A DNA stretch of 64,000 bases from Lachnospiraceae bacterium (GCA_017620255.1 JAFZQU010000036.1:30009-94008), one strand, 5' to 3'; numbered from the stretch's first letter, positions 26,690-36,281 are shown. Numbers and translations: made by a program. Notes: generated from the letters alone by a model not told the origin.

Positions 26690-28324
26690 ATGCCTATTAC
26701 AGATTTACTTGAAAGAAATGCGGATCAGTTTGGCGATGAGATCGCCCTGATCGAGATCAATCCGGAGATAAAAGAAAGAAGAAGGGTGACCTGGAAGGAA
26801 TATGAACTGATCGAGGCCAGCCCCGAGACGCATTACCGCAGAGAGATCACATGGAGTGTATTTGACGAAAAAGCAAACCGGTTTGCGAACCTGCTGCTGC
26901 AGAGAGGCGTGAAACGCGGTGATAAAGTCGGTATCCTGATGATGAACTGCCTTGAATGGCTGCCGATCTATTTTGGCGTGTTAAAGACGGGCGCACTGGC
27001 TGTGCCGTTTAACTTCCGTTATTCTTCCGACGAGATCCTCTACTGCGCAAAACTTGCGCAGATCGATATTTTGGTGTTCGGCCCTGCTTTTATCGGCCGG
27101 ATCGAAGAGATCTGCGAGCCGCTTTCCAAAGGCAGGCTGCTGATCTATGTCGGCGAGAACTGCCCGAGCTTTGCGGATGACTATAATTCGCTTTCGGCGA
27201 ACTGCTCTTCGCAGCGCCCGGGGATCGTCATCAAAGATGAAGACCAGGCTGCGATCTATTTTTCATCCGGAACCACCGGTTTTCCCAAGGCGATCCTGCA
27301 TACGCATGCGGGTCTGATGCATTCCTGTAAAACGGAACAGAATCATCACGGACAGCAGAGGGATGATGTGTTCTTATGCATTCCGCCGCTCTATCATACG
27401 GGCGCCAAGATGCACTGGTTCGGAAGCCTTTTGTCCGGCAGCAAGGCCGTGCTCTTAAAGGGCACCAAACCGGAATTTATTCTGGATGCCGTATCGAAAG
27501 AGAAGTGTACGATCGTATGGCTTTTGGTTCCGTGGGCACAGGACATCCTGGAAGCGATCGAGTCCGGCCGCGTGAACCTGAAGGATTATGAACTGGATCA
27601 ATGGAGACTGATGCATATCGGTGCACAGCCGGTTCCCAGAAGTCTTGTAAAAAAATGGCTGGAATACTTCCCGCACCATGACTATGATACAAACTACGGT
27701 CTTTCCGAATCTTTAGGTCCCGGATGCGTGCATCTCGGGGTCGGAAACGTGGAAAAGGTCGGCACCATCGGCAAGGCCGGATACGGCTGGGAGACAAAGA
27801 TCGTCGGTGAGGACAGACAGCCCGTAAAACCGGGTGAGGTCGGTGAACTGGCTGTACGCGGACCGTCCGTGATGGTGGAATACTATCATGACAAAAAAGC
27901 GACGGCAGAGGTTCTGCAGGACGGATGGCTCTATACCGGCGATATGGCAAAGGAAGACGAGGACGGGTTCATCCTTCTCGTTGACCGTAAGAAAGATGTC
28001 ATCATCAGCGGTGGTGAGAACATCTACCCGGTACAGATCGAGGACTTTATCCGTACGAACGAAGCCGTGCACGATGCCGCGGTCATCGGGATCCCGGACA
28101 AGCGTCTCGGGGAGGTCACACTGGCCGTTATCGAATTGAAGAAGAATTATGTGGTCACGGAAGAGGAAATGCATGAATTCTGTCATGCGCTTCCGCGCTA
28201 TAAGCGCCCGCACAAGATCATTTTTGCGGATATCCCGCGGAATCCGACAGGAAAGATCGAGAAACCGAAGCTGAGAGAGATCTTTGGGGGGAAAGGTCTG
28301 GTCGAAGCACAGAATATCGGCTGA
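26690..28324 (+). CDS. AMP-dependent acyl-CoA synthetase/ligase
   Basis: AMP-binding motif YFSSGTTGFPKAILHTH, YHTGA, GELAVRG, and a C-terminal PRNPTGKIEK with the catalytic Lys. Confidence 0.85.
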   Translation: MPITDLLERNADQFGDEIALIEINPEIKERRRVTWKEYELIEASPETHYRREITWSVFDEKANRFANLLLQRGVKRGDKVGILMMNCLEWLPIYFGVLKTGALAVPFNFRYSSDEILYCAKLAQIDILVFGPAFIGRIEEICEPLSKGRLLIYVGENCPSFADDYNSLSANCSSQRPGIVIKDEDQAAIYFSSGTTGFPKAILHTHAGLMHSCKTEQNHHGQQRDDVFLCIPPLYHTGAKMHWFGSLLSGSKAVLLKGTKPEFILDAVSKEKCTIVWLLVPWAQDILEAIESGRVNLKDYELDQWRLMHIGAQPVPRSLVKKWLEYFPHHDYDTNYGLSESLGPGCVHLGVGNVEKVGTIGKAGYGWETKIVGEDRQPVKPGEVGELAVRGPSVMVEYYHDKKATAEVLQDGWLYTGDMAKEDEDGFILLVDRKKDVIISGGENIYPVQIEDFIRTNEAVHDAAVIGIPDKRLGEVTLAVIELKKNYVVTEEEMHEFCHALPRYKRPHKIIFADIPRNPTGKIEKPKLREIFGGKGLVEAQNIG

Positions 28325-28348
28325 CAGTCATAAAGGAGAAGCGTATCC

Positions 28349-30394
28349 GTGAAGAAAGTCAAATTTAAGGGGCAATTACGCACCTATATGAGCTGGCCCG
28401 TTCTTTTGGTCATTCCATTGATCATATGTAACGTGGCGGTTTATTTCAAGGACCGCAGCGCCGGCTATATCATGAGCGCGGGGGTTGCCGTCTATCTGAT
28501 CATTGCCCTGATCCTGTATTTTATCAACAAACATGCGGTCGTGAACGACATGGTCTCGTTTGCGACGCAGTACGGACAGGTGCAGAAGCAGCTTTTAAGG
28601 GACCTGGAGATCCCGTACGCCCTGTTGGATGAGGACGGCCGGATCATCTGGACCAATGAAGCTTTTGAACAGGCATTTCATATCAAAAGAGGGTACCGCA
28701 AGACGATCATGTCCCTTCTCCCGGATGTCCACAAGGAATCCCTTCCCGGGATCGAGTCCGAGACGGAAATGATGACGACGCATGAGGAGTCTGATTTTCG
28801 TGTCAACATGAAAAAAGTGGATATGCATATCGCACTGGAGTCTTCGGATCTTCTGGACACGGTCAATCTGGACAGTTATCTGATCGCGTTCTTCATGTTT
28901 GACGAGACCAAGATCAACCGTCTGCAGAGAGATATCGATGACCAGCAGCTGGCAACGGGTCTTATTTATATCGACAACTATGATGAGGCACTGGACAGTG
29001 TCGAGGATGTGCGCAGATCCCTGCTCGTTGCGCTGGTGGACAGAAAGATCAACAAGTATTTCTCTGCTTCGGATGCACTGGTCAAGAAGCTGGAGAAGGA
29101 TAAATATCTGGTCACGATCCAGAAACGGCATCTGAAGGAACTGATGGAGAAACGCTTCGATCTGCTTGAGGACGTCAAGACGATCAATATCGGAAACGAG
29201 ATCTCCGTGACACTCTCCATCGGGTTCGGTATCGAAACAGGTTCCTACCAGACCAATTACGAATATGCAAGAACAGCCATCGACCTTGCGCTCGGACGCG
29301 GCGGCGACCAGGCTGTCATAAAAACACCGGATGATATCACCTATTTTGGCGGCAAGAGCCAGATGGCTGAAAAGACAACACGTGTCAAAGCCAGAGTGAA
29401 GGCGCATGCCCTGCGTGAGATCATTGAGAGCAACGACCGTATCATCGTCATGGGACATAAGAACACGGACGTGGATACGTTCGGTGCGGCGATCGGTATT
29501 TTCCGTGCAGCCAAGACTTTTGAGAAGAAGGCGCATATCGTTGTCAACGAAGTTACGAATTCCATCCGTCCTCTGATGGATGAGATCATCCATGAAGGAG
29601 AGTATACGGAAGATCTGTTCTTAAACAGCCAGAGAGCGCTGGACGTTGCGGATGCCACAACGGCGCTGATCGTTGTGGATGTCAACAAACCGAGCTTTAC
29701 GGAATGTAAGGAACTGATCGGAAAATGTACCTCCATCGTTGTATTGGATCATCACAGGCAGGGCACGGAGAAGATCCAGAATGCGACGCTCTCATATATC
29801 GAGCCGTATGCTTCTTCCGCTTCGGAAATGGTCGCTGAGATTTTGCAGTATATCCACGACAATGTCAAACTGCGTCCTGCGGAAGCCGACTGTATATATT
29901 CGGGTATCATGATCGATACAAATAACTTTACGGCCAAGACAGGCGTGAGAACCTTTGAGGCCGCGGCATATCTGCGCAGGAACGGGGCAGACGTGACGAG
30001 AGTACGGAAGATGTTCCGTAATAACATGGACGATTACAAGGCAAGGGCAGAAGCCGTCAGAAACGCGGAAGTCGTACTGGACGCTTATGCGATCTCCGTT
30101 TCGGCACCCGGAAGAGCCTCCGAATCACCGACGATCATCGGTGCGCAGGCTGCCAACGAACTTCTGAATATCGAAGGGATCAAGGCGTCGTTCGTGCTGA
30201 CGGATTATCAGGGTGAGATCTATATCAGTGCGCGCTCCATCGATGAACTGAACGTGCAGCTCGTGATGGAGAAACTCGGTGGAGGCGGTCATATGAACAT
30301 CGCCGGATGCCAGTTACAGGATATGTCGATCGATGAGGCGAAGGAATTGCTGATCCGTACACTGGAAACCATGCAGAGAGAAGGAGAGATCTGA
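28349..30394 (+). CDS. gdpP: cyclic-di-AMP phosphodiesterase (DHH/DHHA1 family, GdpP type)
   Basis: GTG start after AAGGAG. Two N-terminal TM helices and a degenerate GGDEF region. DHH motifs (GHKNTDVDTFGAA, VVLDHHR) and DHHA1 GGGH. Conserved gdpP-rplI-dnaB order. Confidence 0.85.
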   Translation: MKKVKFKGQLRTYMSWPVLLVIPLIICNVAVYFKDRSAGYIMSAGVAVYLIIALILYFINKHAVVNDMVSFATQYGQVQKQLLRDLEIPYALLDEDGRIIWTNEAFEQAFHIKRGYRKTIMSLLPDVHKESLPGIESETEMMTTHEESDFRVNMKKVDMHIALESSDLLDTVNLDSYLIAFFMFDETKINRLQRDIDDQQLATGLIYIDNYDEALDSVEDVRRSLLVALVDRKINKYFSASDALVKKLEKDKYLVTIQKRHLKELMEKRFDLLEDVKTINIGNEISVTLSIGFGIETGSYQTNYEYARTAIDLALGRGGDQAVIKTPDDITYFGGKSQMAEKTTRVKARVKAHALREIIESNDRIIVMGHKNTDVDTFGAAIGIFRAAKTFEKKAHIVVNEVTNSIRPLMDEIIHEGEYTEDLFLNSQRALDVADATTALIVVDVNKPSFTECKELIGKCTSIVVLDHHRQGTEKIQNATLSYIEPYASSASEMVAEILQYIHDNVKLRPAEADCIYSGIMIDTNNFTAKTGVRTFEAAAYLRRNGADVTRVRKMFRNNMDDYKARAEAVRNAEVVLDAYAISVSAPGRASESPTIIGAQAANELLNIEGIKASFVLTDYQGEIYISARSIDELNVQLVMEKLGGGGHMNIAGCQLQDMSIDEAKELLIRTLETMQREGEI

Positions 30395-30840
30395 TGAAAG
30401 TCATTTTATTACAGGATGTGAAGAGCCTGGGGAAAAAGGGAGATGTTGTGGACGTCAGCGACGGATACGCAAGGAATTTTATCTTCCCCAAAAAACTGGG
30501 CGTGGAAGCCAATTCCAAAAATATGAACGACTTAAAACTGCAGAAAGCCAATGATGAGCGTGTGGCTGCGAAGAATCTTGCCGACGCACAGGCTTTTGCG
30601 AAGGTACTGGAAACAAAACAGGTGGTCGTAAAACTGAAAACGGGTGAGGGCGGTAAGACTTTCGGATCCGTTTCTTCCAAGGAGATCGCGGAAGAGGCGA
30701 AGGCACAGCAGGATCTGGACATCGATAAGAAGAAGATCGTGCTCCCGGAACCGCTCAAAAATCTGGGAACCTATGAAGTAACGGTCAAACTGCACCCGCA
30801 GGTCAGTGCGACACTGAAAGTGATAGTTGAAGGGGCGTAA
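30394..30840 (+). CDS. rplI: 50S ribosomal protein L9
   Basis: MKVILLQDVKSLGKKGDVVDVSDGYARNFIFPK. The start overlaps the gdpP stop (ATGA). Confidence 0.95.
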   Translation: MKVILLQDVKSLGKKGDVVDVSDGYARNFIFPKKLGVEANSKNMNDLKLQKANDERVAAKNLADAQAFAKVLETKQVVVKLKTGEGGKTFGSVSSKEIAEEAKAQQDLDIDKKKIVLPEPLKNLGTYEVTVKLHPQVSATLKVIVEGA

Positions 30841-30848
30841 GCAGTCTT

Positions 30849-32180
30849 ATGGAAGAAAACGTGATCAAAAGAATCATGCCACATGATACGATGGCGGAGA
30901 AGTCCGTGATCGGCTCTATGATCATGTCCAAAGAGGCGATCCAGACTGCTTCCGAGATATTGCACAAGGATGATTTTTACGCAAATCAGTACGGGATCCT
31001 CTTTCAGGCCATGTGTGACCTGCAGAATGCCGGGAAAGCGGCGGATGTTGTGACGCTCCGCAGCCATCTGCAGGAAATGGGCGCTCCGGAAGAGATCTTA
31101 AATCCGGAGACCTTAAAGGACGTGGTCGCCACGGTCCCCAACTCCGGCCGGATCAGGGAATATGCGGAGATCGTCAGGGAAAAGGCGGTCCTGCGGAAAC
31201 TGATCAAAGTGACGGAGGGCATTGAAAACGCATCCTATGCGCAGAATGACTCGCTGGAGCACATCCTGGACATGACGGAGAAGCAGATATTTGATGTGGT
31301 GCAGCACCGGCGTACGGAAGATTTTACGCCGATCGACCAGGTAGTCATGCGTGCGCTTGAAAAGATCAATATCGCTTCCCAGACACGCGGACCCGTTACG
31401 GGTATTGCGACAGGATTCAGTGATCTGGATTATAAGATGGCGGGGCTGCAGCCCTCGGACCTGATCCTTATCGCGGCGAGACCGTCCATGGGAAAAACGG
31501 CCTTTGTTTTGAACATTGTACGGAACATCTGCATGAAGCAGGAAAAATGCGCGGCTGTGTTCAGCCTGGAAATGCCGCAGGAACAGCTGGTCAACCGTCT
31601 GCTTTCCATGGAAGCACGCGTGGATTCCAATTCCCTGCGTACCGGTACGCTGAATGACCGGGACTGGGACAGCATTGTGGAGAGCGCTTCGGTCATAGCA
31701 AAATCAAACCTGATCATAGATGACACGCCCGGTATCTCCATTGGGGAACTCCGCTCGAAATGCCGGAAATACAAAATGGAAAACAACGTGGAAGTGATCC
31801 TGATCGACTATCTGCAGCTGATGACAGCGGACCGGCAGATCGACAACAAGCAGACGGAGGTTTCGGAGATCTCCCGTTCGCTGAAGGCACTTGCCAGGGA
31901 ACTGAATGTTCCTGTCGTTGCACTGTCGCAGCTGTCGCGCGGACCGGAAAAGAGAGATGACCATCGTCCGATGCTTTCGGATCTGCGTGAGTCCGGTGCG
32001 ATCGAGCAGGACGCGGATGTCGTCATGTTCCTGTACCGCGATGACTACTACCATAAGGACAGCGAGAAAAAGAACATTGCCGAGGTCATCGTGGCAAAAC
32101 AGAGAAACGGCCCGACCGGCACGGTGGAACTGGTATGGATGCCGGATTATACCAAATTTGCCGACAAGATCAAGGAATAG
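30849..32180 (+). CDS. dnaB: replicative DNA helicase
   Basis: DnaB N-terminal domain, Walker A ARPSMGKT and the RecA-like C-domain block LSQLSRGPE. Confidence 0.95.
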   Translation: MEENVIKRIMPHDTMAEKSVIGSMIMSKEAIQTASEILHKDDFYANQYGILFQAMCDLQNAGKAADVVTLRSHLQEMGAPEEILNPETLKDVVATVPNSGRIREYAEIVREKAVLRKLIKVTEGIENASYAQNDSLEHILDMTEKQIFDVVQHRRTEDFTPIDQVVMRALEKINIASQTRGPVTGIATGFSDLDYKMAGLQPSDLILIAARPSMGKTAFVLNIVRNICMKQEKCAAVFSLEMPQEQLVNRLLSMEARVDSNSLRTGTLNDRDWDSIVESASVIAKSNLIIDDTPGISIGELRSKCRKYKMENNVEVILIDYLQLMTADRQIDNKQTEVSEISRSLKALARELNVPVVALSQLSRGPEKRDDHRPMLSDLRESGAIEQDADVVMFLYRDDYYHKDSEKKNIAEVIVAKQRNGPTGTVELVWMPDYTKFADKIKE

Positions 32181-32186
32181 ATACAG

Positions 32187-32227
32187 AAAAAAAACGTCCG
32201 TACCCGTAAGGGTTCGGACGTTTTTTT
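32187..32227. terminator. bidirectional intrinsic terminator between dnaB (+) and the ferredoxin gene (-)
   Basis: A-run, stem ACGTCCGTACCC pairing with GGGTTCGGACGT (one mismatch), then a T-run. Confidence 0.85.
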
Positions 32228-32241
32228 ATCCTTGCGAAATA

Positions 32242-32412
32242 TTATTTCTCGGAAATAGCGCCAACAGGGCATGCGCCTGCACAGGAACCACAGCCTAAGC
32301 ATTCGCTTTCTTTGATCTCGTATTTGCCATCGCCTTCAGAGATCGCGCCAACAGGGCACTGTCCTTCACATGTTCCGCAGCTGATGCAAGCATCACCGAT
32401 TACATATGCCAT
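32242..32412 (-). CDS. 2x[4Fe-4S] ferredoxin (56 aa; below the ORF-track size cut-off)
   Basis: Hand translation of the minus strand gives MAYVIGDACISCGTCEGQCPVGAISEGDGKYEIKESECLGCGSCAGACPVGAISEK. It has two CxxCxxCxxxCP motifs and a GGAGG RBS 8 nt upstream. Confidence 0.9.
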   Translation of the reverse strand: MAYVIGDACISCGTCEGQCPVGAISEGDGKYEIKESECLGCGSCAGACPVGAISEK

Positions 32413-32559
32413 AGTGAAAACCTCCTTTTTAGTTACGAATATTCAACATGTATATTTTAGTATACTCTTTCTGAATATACAAGAAAAACTTGAAAAGGAA
32501 GGCAAAAAGTGATAGTCTACAAAATGCGATACAGTTTGAGAGAAAAGGAGGCTGCGATC

Positions 32560-32751
32560 ATGGCAGAATTTACGAAAGATATGACGATCGGTGAGGTCTT
32601 AAAGGCTGCACCGGATGTTGCACCGGTCCTGATGGAAGCAGGTATGCATTGCCTTGGCTGTCCGGCATCCCAGGCTGAGACCCTGGAAGAGGCAGCAATG
32701 GTACATGGTCTGGACGTAAACGGATTGATGGAGATGATCAACAACCGTTAA
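32560..32751 (+). CDS. DUF1858 / hybrid-cluster-protein-associated redox disulfide protein
   Basis: ORF 32509..32751. The ATG at 32560 follows AAAGGAGG. MTIGEVL..AP.L...[21 protein letters not shown] pattern. Confidence 0.7.
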   Translation: MAEFTKDMTIGEVLKAAPDVAPVLMEAGMHCLGCPASQAETLEEAAMVHGLDVNGLMEMINNR

Positions 32752-32767
32752 CCTTGATTTCAGAACC

Positions 32768-32803
32768 AAAAAGGACTTCGGAAAGATCCGAAGTCCTTTT
32801 TTT
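32768..32803. terminator. bidirectional intrinsic terminator between the DUF1858 gene (+) and mecA (-)
   Basis: AAAAA, stem GGACTTCGG pairing with CCGAAGTCC, then TTTTTTT. Confidence 0.85.
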
Positions 32804-32828
32804 GTATCTGCCGGCTGACCGGTAAAGG

Positions 32829-33566
32829 TCAGACAAATAAGAGCTTTGTCAGTGCATCATCCTGCATGATGGCCTCATTGTGCTCCTTGAAGAAAGCTTC
32901 TGTAGCCGTTGTGTATTTCTCCGGGGTTCCGTATTCGGAGATCATGTTGCATACACGGTTGAAGTCTTCCGGCGTATGGGATGATTTCGTAACGACCAGA
33001 AGGATACGGTTGTTCTGGCGGTTGCGGTATAAGGAACTCTTCCCGAAGTAGAAAGGCTCCAAAAGGTGAGCCACTCTTGCAGCGGTATCGATGTCCGCAA
33101 AGGAGTAGGCGCGGATGAGCTCGTCGCTGCTTTTGCTCTCGGCCGCCTCGATCTTGGGAGCACCTGTACCTTTTTCAGCATTCTCCTTGATCTTCCTGAA
33201 CAGGTCAAGAACGTTGTCGCTCTCATCCGAAAGTGCCTGCAGAACATCATTCAGGCCCGATTCGTCATCTTCATGGATCGTGGGAGCAAAATTGGAAAAA
33301 CGGGTATCCAGTTCTTCCGGATCTTCCACTTTCGTGATGATGAGGACGATGCTCTCGGATGATAAAGGGATGGCTTCTATCATAAGCGGGATGTCTTCTG
33401 CTTCGAAGCCGAATTCATATGCTGCCTGCTGCATCATGTCACGGAAGAGGTTCTTGGCCTTTTCGGTGCCGTAGGCAAGCTCGCTGAGCTTCAGCTCGCG
33501 GTCGGCAAGATCTGCCTTGGTCAGTGTCGCGCGAATCTGATGATCGTTCACTTTTTCCAGCTTCAT
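32829..33566 (-). CDS. mecA: adaptor protein MecA
   Basis: MKLEKVNDHQIRATLTKADL..R.LKLSEL start and an overall MecA-like layout. Confidence 0.85.
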   Translation of the reverse strand: MKLEKVNDHQIRATLTKADLADRELKLSELAYGTEKAKNLFRDMMQQAAYEFGFEAEDIPLMIEAIPLSSESIVLIITKVEDPEELDTRFSNFAPTIHEDDESGLNDVLQALSDESDNVLDLFRKIKENAEKGTGAPKIEAAESKSSDELIRAYSFADIDTAARVAHLLEPFYFGKSSLYRNRQNNRILLVVTKSSHTPEDFNRVCNMISEYGTPEKYTTATEAFFKEHNEAIMQDDALTKLLFV

Positions 33567-33593
33567 AGCATCACATCCTTTCTGTTTTTTCTC

Positions 33594-33622
33594 ATCATAA
33601 ACTTTCGGATAGTATTCGTCAA
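33594..33622 (-). promoter_or_regulatory. sigma-A-type promoter for mecA
   Basis: Minus-strand reading gives TTGACG (33622..33617), 17-nt spacer, TATGAT (33599..33594). Confidence 0.5.
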
Positions 33623-33666
33623 TAGATGTATCGGCAACAGTTTCTTAAAGTTTAATAAAAATATTC

Positions 33667-33695
33667 TTGCATATTTTAAACGAATCCATTACAAT
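33667..33695 (+). promoter_or_regulatory. sigma-A-type promoter divergent from mecA
   Basis: TTGCAT (33667..33672), 17-nt spacer, TACAAT (33690..33695). Confidence 0.5.
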
Positions 33696-33701
33696 CATTT
33701 C

Positions 33702-33812
33702 ACAGGGCTCCTTCCGCAATCTGTGGCGCGAAGGAGGGTAGGCAACAATACGTACCCATATTAGCAAATTTTTGTGCAATGCACACTCTCACCTGCACCG
33801 CAGGTGTCTTTT
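33702..33812 (+). ncRNA. candidate ~110-nt structured transcript (sRNA or terminator-type leader), class unknown
   Basis: Bounded by the promoter at 33667..33695 and by the hairpin CACCTGC-ACC-GCAGGTG plus TCTTTT (33790..33812). Internal hairpins CTCCTTC..GAAGGAG and GGGTA..TACCC. Contains no ORF with an RBS. Confidence 0.35.
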
Positions 33813-34045
33813 GGACAGATCTCTGTCCGGTCAAATGTTTCAGATCATGTCGGAAACGATGACTCCTTAGGTACTAAATGATTCACCAACTGCTTTTTTA
33901 CTTTTTTACGTATTGTCATGCATACGGAGGAGCTTTGTTTCACGGGCATCAGCCGGGACCTGTGTATCACGAAATGCAGTACTTCCTTTTGGAACGTGTC
34001 CGTGAGTAACTGAAGGAATCGAGCATGTATTTGGAGGGATTACAC

Positions 34046-34282
34046 ATGAAAGATCCTTTAGAAGAGATCCGCATCGAGCAGAGACAGCAGGAAGCATATG
34101 CTTACCTTGACACGCTGTCGAAAGCCGGAATGCGTGTATCCGTGGAAGGCTATTATCTTCCTCTGGCACAGATGGCAAAAATGATCTCGCTCAGTGAAGA
34201 GATCTGCTATATGCCGGACTTTGTGACGGATACAAAAGGCAAACTGGTCGAGGTCCGATTCGACAGAGTCGCCCTCACTTAA
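34046..34282 (+). CDS. hypothetical small protein (78 aa)
   Basis: ORF 34025..34282. The ATG at 34046 follows GGAGGG. A strong hairpin follows the gene. No family recognised. Confidence 0.5.
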   Translation: MKDPLEEIRIEQRQQEAYAYLDTLSKAGMRVSVEGYYLPLAQMAKMISLSEEICYMPDFVTDTKGKLVEVRFDRVALT

Positions 34283-34315
34283 CTGACGTAAATGCCGGAT
34301 TACCTTATCAAAACG

Positions 34316-34380
34316 CCGGGCCGTACCGTAGAATGAACCCAGACCCCTCATGCAACGCGGTACGGCCCGGTTGCGTTTTT
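34316..34380 (+). terminator. long-stem hairpin / terminator after the small ORF
   Basis: Perfect 13-bp stem CCGGGCCGTACCG (34316..34328) pairs with CGGTACGGCCCGG (34358..34370), with a 29-nt loop, followed by TTGCGTTTTT. Confidence 0.55.
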
Positions 34381-34389
34381 CACTAACCA

Positions 34390-34418
34390 ATGACAAACAG
34401 GCGAATGTCTGTTATAAT
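34390..34418 (+). promoter_or_regulatory. sigma-A-type promoter for the GH18 gene
   Basis: ATGACA (34390..34395), 17-nt spacer, TATAAT (34413..34418). Confidence 0.45.
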
Positions 34419-34450
34419 GTGAGATTGGAAATCATTTGGAGGAATACGGT

Positions 34451-36247
34451 TTGGATAGTGAAAGAATAGCAAACAGGAGGCGCCGTCGCAGGAGAAGAAA
34501 GCTGCAAAGGCTGATCCCCGCAGCGATCGCGATCGTTCTGATCGCCGTGATCGCAACGGTCGGCTGGAAAACGGGATTGTTTGAGAGTTTTTTATATACA
34601 TCTGAAGAAGCGGATCTTTTCAGCTATTTCGGCGCGATCGGTGATGATTATGCGGTGATCGTGGAAGACGGAGAGATCACGACCCGGCAGATGAAGGTCA
34701 TTGACGGTGTGATGTATCAGGATCTGGATTCGGTCAAGGAAGAGTATAATGACCGGTTTTATCTGGATGTAAACGACAATGCGCTTCTGTATACAACGGC
34801 AGTGGAAGTCATCAGTGCACCGATCGGAGGGAATTCCTATACATCGCAGGGAAAAAGCGAGCAGCTTCCCTATGTGATCTGTATGCCGGAAAAGGACACC
34901 TATCTGGTGGCGCTTGATTATGTCCGGAAATATGCTGATTTTACCTACGATCTTTACGGCGGAACGGGGGAACCCTACCGTGCGAGCATCCGCACCGGGG
35001 CAAAGACCATTCCCGTCGCGACCGTCACGAAGGAGCAGGCGGTCAGGATCAGCCCCGATAAAAAGGCCAAGATCCTAAAGCAGATGCAGGAAGGCGACAA
35101 ACTGACCGTTCTGGAAGAAGACACCGAATGGACGAAGGTCCAGACGCAGGATCTGATCATCGGCTATTACGAGACCAGATTCCTTGGTGAGACCGAAAAC
35201 GAGACGGTTCAGGCACCGGAACCCCATACGGAGCCGGCCTTTACCTATATGACCAAGGACGGTCCCGTGCGGCTTGTCTGGGACATGGTCACGAACGAAA
35301 CGGCTAACAGTGGCCTGAAGGACAGACTCGCGGGACAGGAGGGGCTGACCGTTGTTTCACCCACCTGGTTCTTTGTCTGCGATAACGACGGCAACATTGA
35401 ATCCATCGCGAGCGAGAAATACGTGGAAACGGCACATGGCATGGGCCTGGAAGTGTGGGGTCTTGTTGAGAACATCACATACAACAACGACTTAAAGATG
35501 TATGACATCCTGTCCTATTCTTCCAAGCGCAGGCATCTGATCGACCAGCTGATGCAGTACGCAGCGGACTATGATCTGGACGGCATCAATCTGGATTTCG
35601 AGACCATACCCACGGAAGCCGGAGAGTGCTATGCCCAGTTTGTCCGCGAACTTTCGATCGCATGCCGCAGCGCACAGATCGTATTGTCCGTTGACAACTA
35701 TGTACCCACAGGAAGTACGGAGCATTATAACCGCGCGCAGCAGGGCCTGTTTGCGGATTATCTCATCATCATGGGTTATGATGAACACTATAGCGGCTCC
35801 GAGGAGAGCGGTTCCGTGGCCTCGATCAATTTTGTGATCGAAGGGATCACCAAAACGCTGGAGGATGTTCCGGCAGAGCGCGTGATCAACGCGGTTCCTT
35901 TCTATACGAGAGTCTGGATCGAAACGCCCAAAACACAGGCAGAGATCGAAGCGGAAGAAGCCAATGACGCCTTCATCCCCTATACACTGGAAGTCAGGAC
36001 GCTTGGCATGACTGACGCCCTGGATCTTCTGAAGGAAGTCGGAACGGAAGCCAGATGGGATGAAGAAACGGCGCAGAACTATGCGGAATGGCAGAAGGGC
36101 GAACGGACGTATAAGGTCTGGCTGGAAGACGGGGATTCCCTGTCTGCGAAAGTACAGACGATGCACAACTTCCATCTGGCAGGGATCGCCGCATGGCAGT
36201 TGAGTTACGCAACACCGGAGGCATGGGCCGCGATCGCGCAGTTCTAG
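34451..36247 (+). CDS. glycoside hydrolase family 18 protein (YaaH/YdhD-like spore peptidoglycan hydrolase type) with signal-anchor
   Basis: ORF 34436..36247. The TTG at 34451 lies 7 nt after GGAGG. Arg-rich N-terminus plus a TM helix. GH18 catalytic motif DGINLDFE. Confidence 0.8.
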   Translation: MDSERIANRRRRRRRRKLQRLIPAAIAIVLIAVIATVGWKTGLFESFLYTSEEADLFSYFGAIGDDYAVIVEDGEITTRQMKVIDGVMYQDLDSVKEEYNDRFYLDVNDNALLYTTAVEVISAPIGGNSYTSQGKSEQLPYVICMPEKDTYLVALDYVRKYADFTYDLYGGTGEPYRASIRTGAKTIPVATVTKEQAVRISPDKKAKILKQMQEGDKLTVLEEDTEWTKVQTQDLIIGYYETRFLGETENETVQAPEPHTEPAFTYMTKDGPVRLVWDMVTNETANSGLKDRLAGQEGLTVVSPTWFFVCDNDGNIESIASEKYVETAHGMGLEVWGLVENITYNNDLKMYDILSYSSKRRHLIDQLMQYAADYDLDGINLDFETIPTEAGECYAQFVRELSIACRSAQIVLSVDNYVPTGSTEHYNRAQQGLFADYLIIMGYDEHYSGSEESGSVASINFVIEGITKTLEDVPAERVINAVPFYTRVWIETPKTQAEIEAEEANDAFIPYTLEVRTLGMTDALDLLKEVGTEARWDEETAQNYAEWQKGERTYKVWLEDGDSLSAKVQTMHNFHLAGIAAWQLSYATPEAWAAIAQF

Positions 36248-36281
36248 TGCCTTTTCCGCAGAAATAAAGTATGCTATACTC

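Noticed and set aside
28595-29593. 332-aa minus-strand ORF
   Set aside because: It is antisense to gdpP, whose DHH/DHHA1 motifs are on the + frame. It is a shadow ORF.
32312-32512. 66-aa plus-strand ORF
   Set aside because: It is antisense to the ferredoxin gene, which has two perfect iron-sulfur motifs and a strong RBS.
33702-33812. Assignment of the candidate RNA to a known riboswitch class (T-box, yybP-ykoY, c-di-GMP I/II, fluoride, ZTP, guanidine)
   Set aside because: None of the conserved core sequences I can recall for those classes is present. It is left as an unclassified candidate.
33906-34178. 90-aa minus-strand ORF in the long mecA-upstream intergenic region
   Set aside because: It has no RBS, overlaps the better-supported + strand 78-aa ORF, and has a Cys/Pro/His/Ser-rich composition.
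34451-34530. Run of eight Arg codons at the GH18 N-terminus as a twin-arginine (Tat) signal
   Set aside because: It lacks the S/T-R-R-x-F-L-K consensus and is followed by a long uncleaved-looking hydrophobic helix. It is more consistent with a positive-inside signal anchor.
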